Below, piece after piece: positions 40,291-56,250 of a stretch of DNA of 64,000 bases. This stretch comes from Atractiella rhizophila (Eukaryota): positions 1 through 64,000 of the forward strand of contig MU271397.1 in NCBI GenBank assembly GCA_021432655.1. The letters run 5' to 3'. The position numbers were made by a program, and so were the translations under genes. The notes below the pieces were generated by a model that worked only from the letters and a program-made list of their open reading frames with translations, did no database searches and had not been told where the DNA came from. Numbering within the stretch: position 1 is the stretch's first letter; each line of letters opens with the position of its first letter.

Positions 40291-41644
40291 ATGTCGACGT
40301 CGAACGCGCCTAAAAAGCGCACCACAAATGGCAAGACTGGGGAGGAGGTCAAACCTGCATTTCCGCTTGCTGTTCGTCATTCTCTCCTCAGCTCCCTTGT
40401 TCCTCACTTTCTTTATTAATATCTTCTACGAGATGTATTGTGAATTCATTGCAAGGCTTAAGGCTTTGTGTTTCGAAGCTAAATGACAGCCGATAAGAAG
40501 ACCAAACATTTAAATGCGAACACCTCTCAGACAAAGATGTTTCTTCTATTACAGCATATTTTATTGCTCTTACACTTCAGGATGAGATTGTTCCCTAATG
40601 GAGGCGTGTTGGACAAGCCCAATCGAACATTCCTATTTTGAGAAACTCGTCCACTTCAGTTCCAGTTGATGCGAACACGATCCTCCTTCGCCAACATATG
40701 TAGCACGTCTCTGCCCCATGAACACAGCTACGCTCGTTATTTGCTTGTCCTAGTGTTACGTTATAATAGAAGGTTACATTCTCGGATAATGCTGGGGAAC
40801 TCTTCTTCCTTTAAATCCTTTCTCCTTCAAGACTTCAGACCAACTGTTTCAGTTTGATTTGCTTCCTTGCCCTCCTTGTGTGTGGCAACAGCCATATTTG
40901 TTGGATGATATACAGCTTCTCATCGACATGCCTTTCGCAGGAATAGGTAAAAGCTTATTACAGCTCTAGAGTGTTACACTCTGGCAGTTCTTCTCTATGG
41001 TTGAATTGTTGGTTCTTCAAGCTCTCTCCAGTTTGCAGTGAACAAAAGTTGCGATCGTAACTTATCAATCTTGCCTGTGAGCTGGCTAAGCGGGTAAGCT
41101 AGACTAACAAATTTTGACGTTAAAAATACCTTTTACCCTGTACTCAATGCGGTGTTGAGGAACTCCACTTTCGTTCCTTCGTGTTCACTACTCGTTCAAA
41201 CTAACCTTTCTTTACCTACAGAGAATCCAGAAGATTATGAAGGCGGATAAGGACGTCGGGACGATCTCAAAAGAAGCAGTTTTCATGATGTCGTTCGCCT
41301 GCGTGCGTGCTCCTTGTTTTGAGCTTTTCACACTCAAGGCGCAGCAGGAACACTTCGTTTCGAAGCTGACCGATGAGGCCTGCACTGTTGCGCAACTCGA
41401 CGGCAAGCGTCGAAAGCTCGTGCAGTACATCGACCTCGCCCAGGCCGTCCAAAATAACCCTGATCTCCACTTTTTGAAAGTCATGCTCCCGATACCCATG
41501 CCCGCCTCAGTCGTTAAAGAACAAAGAAGGAAGAAAAAGGAGACCCAGATAGAGGAGGACCAAGGAACCGTGGATGAGGTGGTGAGACAGCCTGCCGAAA
41601 ATGAGGAGAAGGAGGATTTGCAGGATACGAATATGGAACTATGA
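40291..41644 (+). CDS. H2A-like histone-fold protein (Dpb3/POLE4/CHRAC-type)
   Basis: FPLA|RIQKIMKADKDVGTISKEAVF...EHFVSKL...RKLVQYIDLAQAV...FL, joined across an 850-bp first intron (40372-41221). Confidence 0.82.
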
Positions 41645-41840
41645 TGTTTCCTTGAGTAGCCTTCGTAGAGGTATCCTAACGCATAGGCAGCTTCTTTTGT
41701 TGTATTCATATTTCCAATCTCGTTCAAATCCAACATTTTTCTACATGTCATCACATTGAATATGCTATAAATGCGCGCGACATCATAACCGAAGCACACA
41801 ATTTGCTCTCCCGAAGCTGATCTTTTTCCAGTAATTCATT

Positions 41841-44800
41841 CTAAAATTTAGCTTGAACATGCAAAGGGAGGTTCCTTGAGCTGGATCCAACGTAGAACGT
41901 CAAAGGACCCTTAGGGACCTTCCATTTCTGCTGAACTGTATCCCAAACGCTAAGGTCCTGGAGGAAACATTAATCAAAAGTCTCTCTCCTTAAGCCATTC
42001 CGCACCTTCCGTCGCAAGTCGAAAGTTGCCGTGGATGTACTTCCAGGAGCAATGTCTTTCAACTTATCGAACCCACGGAGGGAACGGGGTGGCTCTCCTT
42101 CGCTTTCAGGGAATTGCACGTACTGTCAATCGTGATCTATAAGGGATGAACGTAGGCAAGAGGATCCCACGCACCAGTTGAGCCACCTCTGAAGATTTGA
42201 CGCCTCCTACATTCTTCACCTTTGCGGTGACAGTTGCAATGACATCGTAAAGAGAATTCTTGCCGTTATATTCGACGAAAGGCTCAGCTGTTTTCTGAAC
42301 GGCAAAGGTGTCGGCTTTGTAAGATTTCGAAATTCTAATGTCTGAATACTCGAACTTGGTGTAGCTCAAACCGAAACCGAATTCTACAATCAAACTGTCA
42401 GTAGAAGGAAGCGGGTTGGCGTGGAACTTACCATATCTCGGAGTGATGTTACGAGAATCGAACCATTTGTAGTCGATTTTCAAGCCCTCGCTAAAGGCTG
42501 CTTCGGGGTTTGGATCCGTGGAATTGAATATGGTATCCGGCTAACGACAATTCTAATTTGGTAGATGCTCCATGTTAGGAGATAGCTCACTGGGTAATCG
42601 TCTTCACTCTTCCCGATAGTGTAAGGCAAACGACCGCTTGGTGAAATCTAAGGAGGCAATCACGATCTCCCTTGCGGTTGAAAGTAAAACTTACGTCTCC
42701 GTAAAGTACTGACACTAGAGAGTTCCCAGATTGTTCTCCGGGAAGATGTGCGACAATAATCGCAGTCACGTTAGGATGATCAGCCCATGCCTCCACTGGA
42801 AAAGGGTCAGCGAAGAGATTTGAGCAAGCCATAATCTCACCTAGTACTGGTCCGGGAATATGCAACACGACGACGGTATTATTACAAACTGCTGCAGTGG
42901 AAAGGATGGCGGCGGTGGCGTTTAAGCTACTCAGGTTAAGATCAGGGCGATCTCTGCCCTCCGTTGCCCAACTCGACTCAAACACCAAACAAACATCGGC
43001 TATTGATGCGACAGAGGCAAACGAGTCCAATGCACTGCTGTTGAGAGTGAACTGAACCAAAGATCCGTCTTGGCTAGCACGACTTTGGATGGATTGAAGA
43101 GGTGTGAAAACGTTCTTAGGATATACGTAGGCGGAACCTCCCCCAATCGTAAGACTACCCGCAGCATCAGTCCCTGAAAGTATTCACACAGATAAAGCAC
43201 GCACGTGCCCGTATTGACACCTGCTGGGCAGCTTCCACCTCCATCACCGCAAGCCTAGTCTATATTCAGTATCAATGCCACAACTCAACGATAAATCAAT
43301 ACCTGAGGTCCGAGGATATTGGGTCCAGCGTCTTCACCAACAATGGCAATCTGCTGAGGAGCCCTGAGCGGCACTGCTCCTTTGTTCTTCAACAGAGTGA
43401 TGGATTCTGCTCCAATCCTCTTTGTTAGTTCCACACTGTAGGCTTTTTGGACATTGCGGTACGTGAGCGAAAGATTCCGATTGCCAGCGTTAAAAGCTGT
43501 ACGTTGTCAGGTACCGTTACCCACTGCAACTGGCGAAAGGCTTACGGACCGTAGGATACTGCTTATTGTCTGCTTGTCTAGCGTACCAAGGGGAGAGAAT
43601 CCGGACAACTGCATCATCCACCCTGCTTTCTGAAAGCGTCCCGTTTCTGAGCCCTTCCAGTAAACCTTCAGACCAGTTGCCCCGTGCACCTCCTATTTTC
43701 GATAGTTACAAACGGGCGAAATGCAGGGACGGGGATGGTTAAGTGCACCTACCAGGCATCCTAGATGGGGTCAGATTGGAGGGCAGAAAAAGCAATAAAA
43801 GCTACCACTTACTGGAGATCTGTACCGCCCGCGGCGTAATCTGTAGTTCCATGAACAGCTCCCCTGACAAGATGTTAACTACATCCTTATTGTTCTTTCG
43901 ATGAGTTTACCAATCTGACACGACGCCACCTACAGACTGATATCAACGAGAGAAAGATAGATGGTAGACCGGAGAAAAGCCTACCTTGGAAATTCAGTTC
44001 CCCTCGCAATAAATGATTTTGGGAGAAAGCGTTGGCACATCCGTATGTGCCGTTCACTGCCAAAGAAAAACAAACGAAAAAAAAGGCCGGAAAACATGCG
44101 ACCGACATCGCTGGTAGCTGCACATGATATATTCACTTCCCGCTCGTACGGCCTCCGCGAATGGCCATCTGGATGCAGATAAGATGGGACACAAGCGGAG
44201 GAGGATACCCACAAGTAAAGCTCATGCATCGTCTTGTCATCAATCGTTACACTTGTACTACTCGTAAGCAGGCGACTTCAGATAAAACATGACGAACCTG
44301 ACCGCATTTTGGACATACTCGGTGGAATTGACTGCACGGCGCGGATTTCGCAGGGTTTCTTGTTCGTTGCCTGCAAGAAATGAAATAAGTCAATGGCTAG
44401 GGTGAAAGAATCTGGCAAGAAGTCTTTACCAATATAATGCTTTGCCACGGTCATTACTGTTGAGGTGCGCATACCGATAGTCGTTTCGTAAGTTGCTACT
44501 CCAGTACCGTAGCTGTCGGAAAAAAAGCCTTCCCAATTACGCCCACCTCGAGGAGCTGAAATCAAATGAAAACTGATGTCAGCCAGATCGTAGTAAACGC
44601 ACCGCGACCCATAGGACCCCCAGCCACAGGGCCTAGGAGTAAGTTGACACCTGTTGAAGATTAGCTCTACAACTAAGGGAAGGACACAACATACCCAGAT
44701 CGTAAAACTCCTGTCCAATTGCTTTACCACGCTCGTACATCAATTCTTTGTCGAAAGTTGCCGCAATTGTGACTCCAGCTGGGAACTGTGTCACCCCCTT

Positions 44801-45306
44801 CACAGGGCGAACACCTGTGGACTTCCTCAGCTCAGATGGACTTTCGACAGAGAAGAACAGCGGTGACCAATTGGTCCATCCTGGCTAAGAATGTGCAACA
44901 ATTAGGAGTGATTCTGGACGTGAGCTCAGAAAGCTTACAGACAAAGTTGAGGGATGCCAAGCCTAGTGATGTTCGTGGTTGAACCGACACATCTGCCGCT
45001 TGTTCCCGTCATCATAAGAACCTTTTCGTCCAGCGTCATCTGAGCCACCACTTTCTTCGCGCGTTGGTTTGCAGTCGCCCATGCGATTCCTCCATTTGAG
45101 GTAGCTGTGAAAATACTGCTATGAGCCTTATCCGACTGCTGCAAACAAGGTGGCAGCGTACGAGCTTCAACCTCGTCCCATCCCGGCCCAGTCAAGTCCA
45201 AATCTGCGCGTTTGTACAGTTTCTCGAGTAAGGCATAGTCGTCGTGAGAAGCGTTTGTAATAGCCACCAAGGCTGCTGCTAATAGAGTGATTGAAGTCTT
45301 TTTCAT
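41841..45306 (-). CDS. Secreted GH3 beta-glucosidase, copy A
   Basis: Signal peptide, [26 protein letters not shown] nucleophile, EGRDR, PGEQSGN, FGFGLSYTKF, Fn3-like tail; many short introns. Confidence 0.92.
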
Positions 45307-45911
45307 GGTGAACTGCTCCGTACGCGTCTCACTTCAAGCTTCTCTTCCAATAGCTTAAGCCTTCTTATGTAGGCTCGTGCGAGAGACTTTTTCCGTGCTC
45401 TTATCCAACAACCCCGCAGGATAGCACCTTCTACATCAAAACGTCATGCAGGTGCAGCAAGTCAAAGAGCGGGGACGGCATGTGGATTCAAGCTATGATG
45501 GTTATGACGGTCGTGCCAGTGGGGGAGAGCCAAGCTTCAATGTAACTTCAATTTTCAAATTTGGCGCTTAAATCTGTTCTACAGTATGACCCTCAACAGT
45601 GAATGTGCTCAGACTATCAAGCTTAGATTGCGCAAGTCATAACCAGAGTGCACTAGCTTGCGAGCGTTTGCAACTAGGCCTACAGTTGGAATAAAACATT
45701 CAGCATTGGTTGTAGAAGCGAGATGAAGCACTCCTTAGCTTTCCCGTTAGGCCGTAAAATTCGTTCCAATTTCTATTTCTAGACGTTATCCATTGCATTG
45801 CCGCGTAATTTTACTCTTAAGAGTCACTCCATCCACAACAGCAAGGCATAACCAATAGCATCGCTCCATTTTTGCTTTCCTGAAGCTGCTCATCCTCCCG
45901 TAAAACTCATT

Positions 45912-48900
45912 CTAAAATGCAGCTTGAACATGCAAGGGGAGGTTTCTTGAGCTCGAGCCGACATAGATCGTCAAAGAACCGCTGGGAACCTTCCATTTCT
46001 GCTGAACTGTGTCCCAAACGCTGAGATCCTGGAGGAAATGTTAATTAAAAAGTCCATGTAGCAGCACAATTCCTCACCTTCCGTCGCAGATCGAAAGTTG
46101 CCGTGGATGTACTTCCAGGAGCAATGTCTTTCAACTTATCGAAACCACGAAGGGAACGTGGTGGCTCTCCTTCGCTTTCGGGGAATTGCACGTACTGTCA
46201 ATCGTGATCTATAAGGGATGAACGTAGGCAAGAGGATCCCACGCACCAGTTGAGCCACCTCTGAAGATTTGACGCCTCCTACATTCTTCACCTTTGCGGT
46301 GACAGTTGCAACGACGTCGTACAGAGAATTCTTGCCGTTGTATTCGGCAAAAGGTTCAGCTGTTTTCTGAACGGCAAAGGTGTCGGCTTTGTATGACTTC
46401 GAGAGGCTGATGCTTGAATACTCGAATTTGGCATAGCTCAATCCAAAGCCAAATTCTACGGTTCACATCAGCAATTTCTAACAGCGGACATTTGGAACTG
46501 ACCATATCTTGGCGTGATGTTGTGAGAGTCAAACCACTTGTAGTCGATGTTCACGCCCTCACTGAAAGTCGTTTCAGGATTCGGGTCTGTCGTGTTGTAG
46601 ATAGTATCGGGCTAGAATTCTATTTAGTTCGACTGGCTCCGGTGCAGCTCTGCTTACAGGATAATCATCTTCCGACTTCCCAATGGTGTAAGGGAGGCGT
46701 CCACTTGGAGAAACCTAGGTAAACTCAGTCGTCATGTTAAACAATTAGAAAACACTCACATCGCCATAGAGTACAGAAACAAGTGAGTTGCCAGCTTGCT
46801 CTCCAGGGTAGTGGGCAACAAGAACGGCAGTCACGTTCGGGTGATCAACCCATTCCTCCACTGCAACGTAGATTAGAGAAACTCAATGAGAGAGACAAAA
46901 GCAGACCTATAACTGGCCCAGGGATGTGCAAAACGACGACTGTGTTGTTGCAAAGCGCAGCAGTGGAGAGAATCGCTTCGGTGGCATTGGGACTATCCAG
47001 GTTCAGAGCAAGTCTGTCCTCCCCTTCCGTCGCGTAGCTAGACTCGAAAACGATGCAAACGTCTGCTGTCGAGGCAACAGTTGCAAAGGAATCCAATGCA
47101 CTGCTGTTGAGCGTGAACTGGACTAGGGATCCGTCCTGAGCGGCGCGGCTTTGAATAGCTTGAAGTGGGGTGATCAAGTTCTTGGGATACACATAAGCGG
47201 AGCCACCGCCAATGGTTTGCCTTTCACGAGGTTAGTGTCGAGCTACCGTGTAAGGTAAGGAGCTTACGTTCCAGTATTTATTCCCACGGGGCAACTTCCA
47301 CCGTCCCCGCACGACTATTTACTTACCTTCAGCCTTTGTGATGAAGTGACGGCCCATACGCACCTGAGGACCTTCAATATTAGGACCAGCGTCTTCTCCG
47401 ACGATCGCAATCTGCTGGGGAGCATTTAGCGGGAGAGCACCATTGTTCTTCAATAGGGTGATAGAATCCTCCCCGACTTTTTTTGTGAGCTGTACGCTCG
47501 ATGGTTTTTGGACGTTACGGTATGAAACGGGAAAATCGGTGCCAATGCCAGCGTTGAAAGCTGGATAGAATTCAACCATTTGAACGTGATCATGCCATTG
47601 AGATCAAAGGAACTTACGAACAGAAGGTACTTGTTTATCCGCCTGATTTGCGTACCAAGGTGTCAGCACTCGGACAACTGCATCGTTTAATCTCGTTTCT
47701 GGAATTGTTCCATTCTTTACGGCAGCAGACAAGCCTGATGCCCAATCGGCACCCAGTACACCGCCAAAGCCAGACCCTTAACTGGAGGTGAGCGCTTCCT
47801 GATCATTGACTGGAATCGCCATACCTGGCATTTGAAGATCGGTCCCCCCAATAAAGTAGTCAAATGTCCCATGGACAGCTCCCCTACAGCAGGGTATCAG
47901 AGCGCTAGATGCATCGAGGGTTGGCGCCATACCAATCTGACATCACTCCTCCTGAAGATCACAGTAAGTGTATGTAGAAGTGCCAAATCGGTAAACTTGC
48001 CTTGAAAGTTCAATTCCGTCTTCAGGAGGTGGTTGAGTGTCAGCGAATTAGCACATGCGTAAGTTCCATTCACTATGGTTTCCAAATCAGGAGAGCTCAG
48101 TGAGATAGAGCAACACACGTCGCTGGTAACTGCACATCACGTCTACCAAAGTTGTTGTCAGCATACAACTGTGATGGAAAAGAAACACTCACATTCGTTT
48201 CCGGCTCGGACAGCTTCAGCAAATGGCCATCTAGCCATATTTTAGTTCGGAAACTACTGAAGGCATGGCCACTAACAAGTAAAGCTCATGCATGGTCTTA
48301 TCATCTATTGTAACCTGCATGCCACCTCCTTTAAGTGCATGTTATCGACACGTCAAAAGGACTCGCTCACACTAACGGCATTCTGAACAATTGGTCCGGT
48401 GAAGCCAAAAGGACCGCCCCCCTCACGAGCCGGATTGCGAAGGGTTTCTTGTTCGTTCCCTGTGCAAAGATGTGAGCGGACTTAGAGAGAGAATGACTGC
48501 TTACCAATGTAGTGCTTTGCTACTGTCATGACGGAAGAAGCACGCATTCCGAGTGTACTTTCATACGTCGCCACTCCAGTGGCATAACCGTCCGAGAAGA
48601 ATCCCTCCCAGTTTCGTCCGCCTCGAGGAGCTAAATATTCGTATTTAGCATTCGTACCACCATGAACTTGAAAAAGCAGATACATCGACCCATTGGACCT
48701 CCAGCGACAGGACCGAGCATCATGTTAACCCCTGTTCAATTGGTTAATTGGATGGACTAAAGAAAGCGGAGGACGAACCAAGATCGAAGAATTCTTGTCC
48801 AATTGCCTTCCCTCGCTCGTACATCAACTCCTTATCCCATGTCGCGGCAATGGTCACGCCAGACGGAAATTGGGTAACACCTTTGACGGGACGAACACCT

Positions 48901-49381
48901 ATTCATTGCATGTTGAGTCAAACCACACTAGAGTTGTAAATCGATGCAAACCTAGAGGGCCGTCTTCCCTATTTGTATTGTAAATTGAATATTGTCACCC
49001 AAGCTACTAGGAAAACATACAGGCAGAGAGCAGGTATCCCAAGCCTTGTGATATTCGGTACCACTCCGACACAGCGTCCATCCACTCCGGTCACGATCAT
49101 TAATTTCTCGTCGAGCGTCATCTGGGATACCACCTTCTTCGCTCGCGAACTGCCCTCTGCCCAAGCAATACCTCCAGTCGAAAGTGCTATCCTCCCGTCA
49201 TATCTTCGATGAACAATGAGGATTAAAACAAGGTAAGGTACGCACGAGCCTCGTAGTCGTTCCATCCAGGTCCAGTTAAATCGATGTCTGCCCGCTTATA
49301 CACATTTGCGAGGAGCTCGTAGTCCGCTTGAGAAGCGAGGACTGGAGAGAGCAATGGCGCTAAAGCAAAAAGAGTCTTCAT
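45912..49381 (-). CDS. Secreted GH3 beta-glucosidase, copy B
   Basis: Tandem paralog with the same motifs (MSDW, EGEDR, GRNWEGF) and similar intron positions. Confidence 0.92.
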
Positions 49382-50636
49382 CGTCTAAATCCCTGTCGTC
49401 TCCTGCCTCGACTGCTTCTTATCAGTAGAGTAGTGGGATAGTCTTTGAGAAGTCGACCTCCACTTACCTTTTATGCATAGGGAGCACGTCACGAATAGAC
49501 TGAGCAGCATATGGCTCTCCCTCCAGCTTCTACCCCAGCCCGCCTAAATGAAGAACCCGCCTTCCATCCATGTGCGTGATGGGAGACTTGCGACCACGTC
49601 GGTTACGCGAAGTTGGAGGAGACATTTTAATTACAGTGCATCATGCGGGCCGACGAAGGGTGGTGCAGGCTCGTGGAGTTGTTGTTTCCCCGCCAAGTCG
49701 TGATTTAGATGTCATGCTGTGATGCTGAGATTCAACACGCCAACCCTCAGATCAACTCGAGTGAAGGTGGAACATTGGAATTTGGGGAAGCGAGGAGGGG
49801 CACATCCACAAGAATTACACATCCACCGGGGAGAATTGACAGATTCGGCGGGCACGGTCTCAGCGTTCCGTTGAAGTCCCATCGATCCATCGATCTTGCT
49901 CACATGGAATGTCTGCGAAAAGAAAGATGACAGGATCGGATGGAGACGTTAGACTTCTAGACTTCTCTGTGCATCGAAAGGGACTTCTGTGCTCCGTTCC
50001 GCATGCCGTCTGAGTGTGTTCCTCGTGAAAGCTGAAGCACTGGTGGCGTTGAAAGTCGCGTAATCGTGATTTGAGTCTTAATTCCTCTTCACCTTTTTCT
50101 GAACTGCACTGAAGTTCGCAATGCTTCCTCTCGCTACAAAGAGTGAAAGACCGTGAGGGAAACAGAGAATATCGATATTTCCATAAGCCACTGTAACAAT
50201 TTGCAACCCAGCAAGGGGATCAGGTCTGTAACTGAGCTGCAACGACAATTGAGGATGAAAGTACCCGTATACCCCAATCCCATCTCTCAATCATTGCGGC
50301 CACTTCGCCTCTCTTGCTGTCGCGATACCTGCCACTCCTTTCAGCAATGCAGCACAGTCACGTGCAATCTTCGTGGGTAACTCAATCTGGAATTGCGGCT
50401 TCCTTATTTTCCAGGCTTGCTAACGATCTCAATTCTCCTCGGCAGCAGCAGGTGAGTAGTCTTGTTTCTGTTGATTAGGGAGCTGGAGCGTAGAGATGTG
50501 GGCGAGGGGTCTGATACGGAAGGAGAAATATATATCTTAGGACTGCTCGTTCCCATCACACGTATTTGCTATGCAAACATGCCATAACGCTAAAGCAAGG
50601 TGTTCCTGGACGGGCTAGGGCTTTTCACTTCTCGGA

Positions 50637-51199
50637 ATGATTATCACAAAAGATAAAAGACGGGCCATCTATGAGAGCCTCTTCAAAGGTGCGGTTTTGA
50701 TTAGAGGGATGCATCACTTCGGTTGCTGATGTTGGAACAGAGGGTGTGCTCGTGGCCAAGAAGGATTACAACCTCCCCTCTCACTCTCCCGAACTTGACA
50801 TCCCCAATCTTCAAGTCATCAAGGCTTGCCAGTCTCTCACCTCCAAGGGATACGTCAAGACCCAATTCAACTGGAATTATTACTACTACACTTTGACCAA
50901 CGAGGGCATTGAATATCTTCGCGAGTGGTTCGTCCACACTACCCTCGCTTCACATTTAAGTGCTCACAATAACATAAATGAATACTAGGCTACACCTCCC
51001 CGCCGAAATCGTTCCAGCAACGCACAAGAAGGCCGTCCGTCCTCAAGCTGCCGTCACTCGCCCGGCTGGAGCGCCTGCTGGAAGGGGAGAGAGGGTCAGG
51101 GACGATGCTGGCTATAGGAGGAAGGAGGAGGGAGGACCTGGAGGTGAATTCAGGCCGAGGTTTCAAGGTGGTGTGGGAAGGGGAGGGCCGCGAGAGTAG
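50637..51199 (+). CDS. RPS10: 40S ribosomal protein S10 (eS10)
   Basis: [26 protein letters not shown]...[54 protein letters not shown]. Confidence 0.97.
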
Positions 51200-51442
51200 A
51201 GCAGGCGGATCTGTGAGGTCGAGGTGGAGTGGGTGTGTGATTCTTTATGCCGCGAAAATTATGGGATTTCCTATGCCATGCCATCAATTGTTCTTGCGGT
51301 CTAAGGTCTGAATATTCTAAGTGTTGTCAATACATTCGAAGGCATCGCATTGACTCGTGCACTTGCTTTCAATCGCAAAACCTAAGATGAATGTAGGTTA
51401 TGTACATGAAGACCTTCGAGAGACTTCGACTTGATTTTGTGG

Positions 51443-53892
<2,450 letters not shown>

Positions 53893-54254
53893 TACTAGAA
53901 GGAGTGAAATGACGGTTTTATTTCGCGAATGATTGTGTTAGCTAATAGGCCAGATATTAGTACATAATAAATAGAACTGAATAAAAGACATACCCTGGAA
54001 GTCAGCTCGAAATCCCAGATAATAATCATATGGTATTCAAGACGAATAGGCTTTCCAAAAAGAGAAAGAAAGATAAGGTTCCCCCACTACGAATTGTCAT
54101 TTCACGTACGTCACGGTAAGGATCATCTGGATCAGCAACGATTTTCAGCTTCTCACTCAGGAGTCCACCCAAACACCTCAAAACTGACCTCAAAAGCATG
54201 GGCCAATAACACTAACTTATCATCTCAATAATATTTCGTTTCTTTCCACGAACT

Positions 54255-55830
54255 ATGCTCCTCGCTGCCTCCAGCCTGCCTCCCCAGAAAGGACCCTCCA
54301 AAAACGACGTCTTCTCTATCTCCTCCGACTCTTGGGGACAGACGGCTCCTTTTCTTCCCAGCAAAACTCGCTGTCCACCTGCTCCTTTAACATTCGCGAC
54401 GTCTTCGCCTCGCTCCAAAAATTTCCAGTTCGAGAAGGACGATGTCGATAAGTGGGAGAACGACGTCGCAGAGTTGAAGTTTAAAGGCATCAGAGACAAC
54501 TTGTTAGGTGAGGGAAGGCACTCCCAGGTCTACGTCGGTGGGTACACGTCCGTTTCCGGCGCTGGAGGAGCAGGGAAAGGATGGAAACTTTGCGCTGTGA
54601 AGAGGAACTTTCAGGACGAGGACAGCATCGCTAGCAGCGTGAACGAAATCAAAATTCTCCGTCGCCTTTCTCGCTCTCAAGACGGAAAAAGAGGAGTCAT
54701 GCGCTTTCTTGGGGTCTGGGAGGAGACGGAAGATGGAGGGGTCAAGCCTTGGGGGAGGGAAGGTACGACGGACGCGGGAAACCTACTCATCATCCTCCCT
54801 TTGTACTCCTTGGGCACACTCCAAGCTTTTCGAGAGAACCATCCCAAGTTCCTCAACCGCCATTGGTTCCGCTCCTTCGCACTCGACCTCGTCTCCGCTG
54901 TTCGATATTTACACTCCCTCCACATTCTACATGCTGACATCAAGAGTGGAAACGTAATGGTCTGTATTTCACCTTTTATTCATCAAGCACCTTGAAAGAG
55001 TAGCAAAATAATGGAATGCTGGACAGGTCGACAACTCGCTCCACCTAGTCTTATCCGATTTCTCGCTCTCACTTCATCTGCCTCCTTCCCAGCCCCCTCT
55101 CCTAGATCCCTTGGGCCTCGGAACTCTCGAATACTCGCCTCCAGAGCTCCTTCACCCAGCCCCCTCACCAGTAACGCTCGCGTCAGACGTCTTCTCGCTC
55201 GGTGTCACCATAGGTTGTTTGCTCTTCCAGAAGGAACCCTACACATCTGTTCGCATACGGACGGAAAAGGTTTTGCGTGTTTCCAGGGGGGAATACTGGG
55301 ATTTTCACGAGCGGAAAAGGATCGCGTTCGAGGAGGATTCTGGCAGCTCGTGTTACTCCCCACCCCTGCGCTCTACCGATGGAAAGAGCCTGAGTAGGAA
55401 CGGAAGCGTCAAGAGCTACAGCGCATTCAGTCCTATTCTGTCCTCGGAAAGGGATGTGGATTTTGGAGGAGAGGAGGCGGCACGGATCAGGAGGGTCTTG
55501 AGCGCCAGAAGGTTGGAGAAGGACTTGGGCTTGCCTCCATCCGTCCCTCCTTGTGGTAATTCCAGCGACAACCCCGGAAGGACGAGGCCGACGACATGCC
55601 AGCATCCCCACTTCTGCTTAGTGGACGGCGTGAAAGGAGAAGAGGAAGAGGAGCTATGCGAAGAAGCCCACGGCGCGACATATAAGGACGGAAGCCCACT
55701 CGCTTGGTTTCCTGCTGGTGATGCGATACCCGGTTGGGCGAGGAAGCTTGTGTGGAAGTGTACGAGGGAGAAGGCTGAGGAGAGGTGGGATGCCGGCGAG
55801 GCATTAGAATTTTTGGAGAAACACCGTTGA
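54255..55830 (+). CDS. Ser/Thr protein kinase (divergent)
   Basis: LGEGRHSQVY, CAVK, HADIKSGNV, LSDFSLS, GLGTLEYSPPE, SDVFSLG; one intron. Confidence 0.88.
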
Positions 55831-56250
55831 GTTTCATATAATGTCGATCACGATTCACAAGTCACAAAGAAGTTGTCAAGTGTAGATGTAGCCCTGTTGC
55901 AGTAAGACTCTGGTCAATCCATGTAGCCTCGTTAATAATTGCATTCTCGTTCAAATGTTGACGTTGCGATTGCAAACGAAATTGCGATGAAGTGAATTTC
56001 ATGTGTCGAATGCAGCGGCTTCAGAATCCGAGGAGGTGACCGTTGTAAGGTTTGGGTCAGAAAGAACAGGTTGAGCAGCCGACGTCCACTTTCATCCATC
56101 CACTTCGCTCAAATCTCTGGGGCCAGCCTCGGTGGCCGCACAAGTGTCTCTGACTGCCAGCCAGTTCAGCGAACGAGAAAAGGTGTGTCCCACTGCCAGC
56201 TGGCACAAAGCGAAATCGAAACGCTAACTTGAAGCGTGGAATGAATGCAG

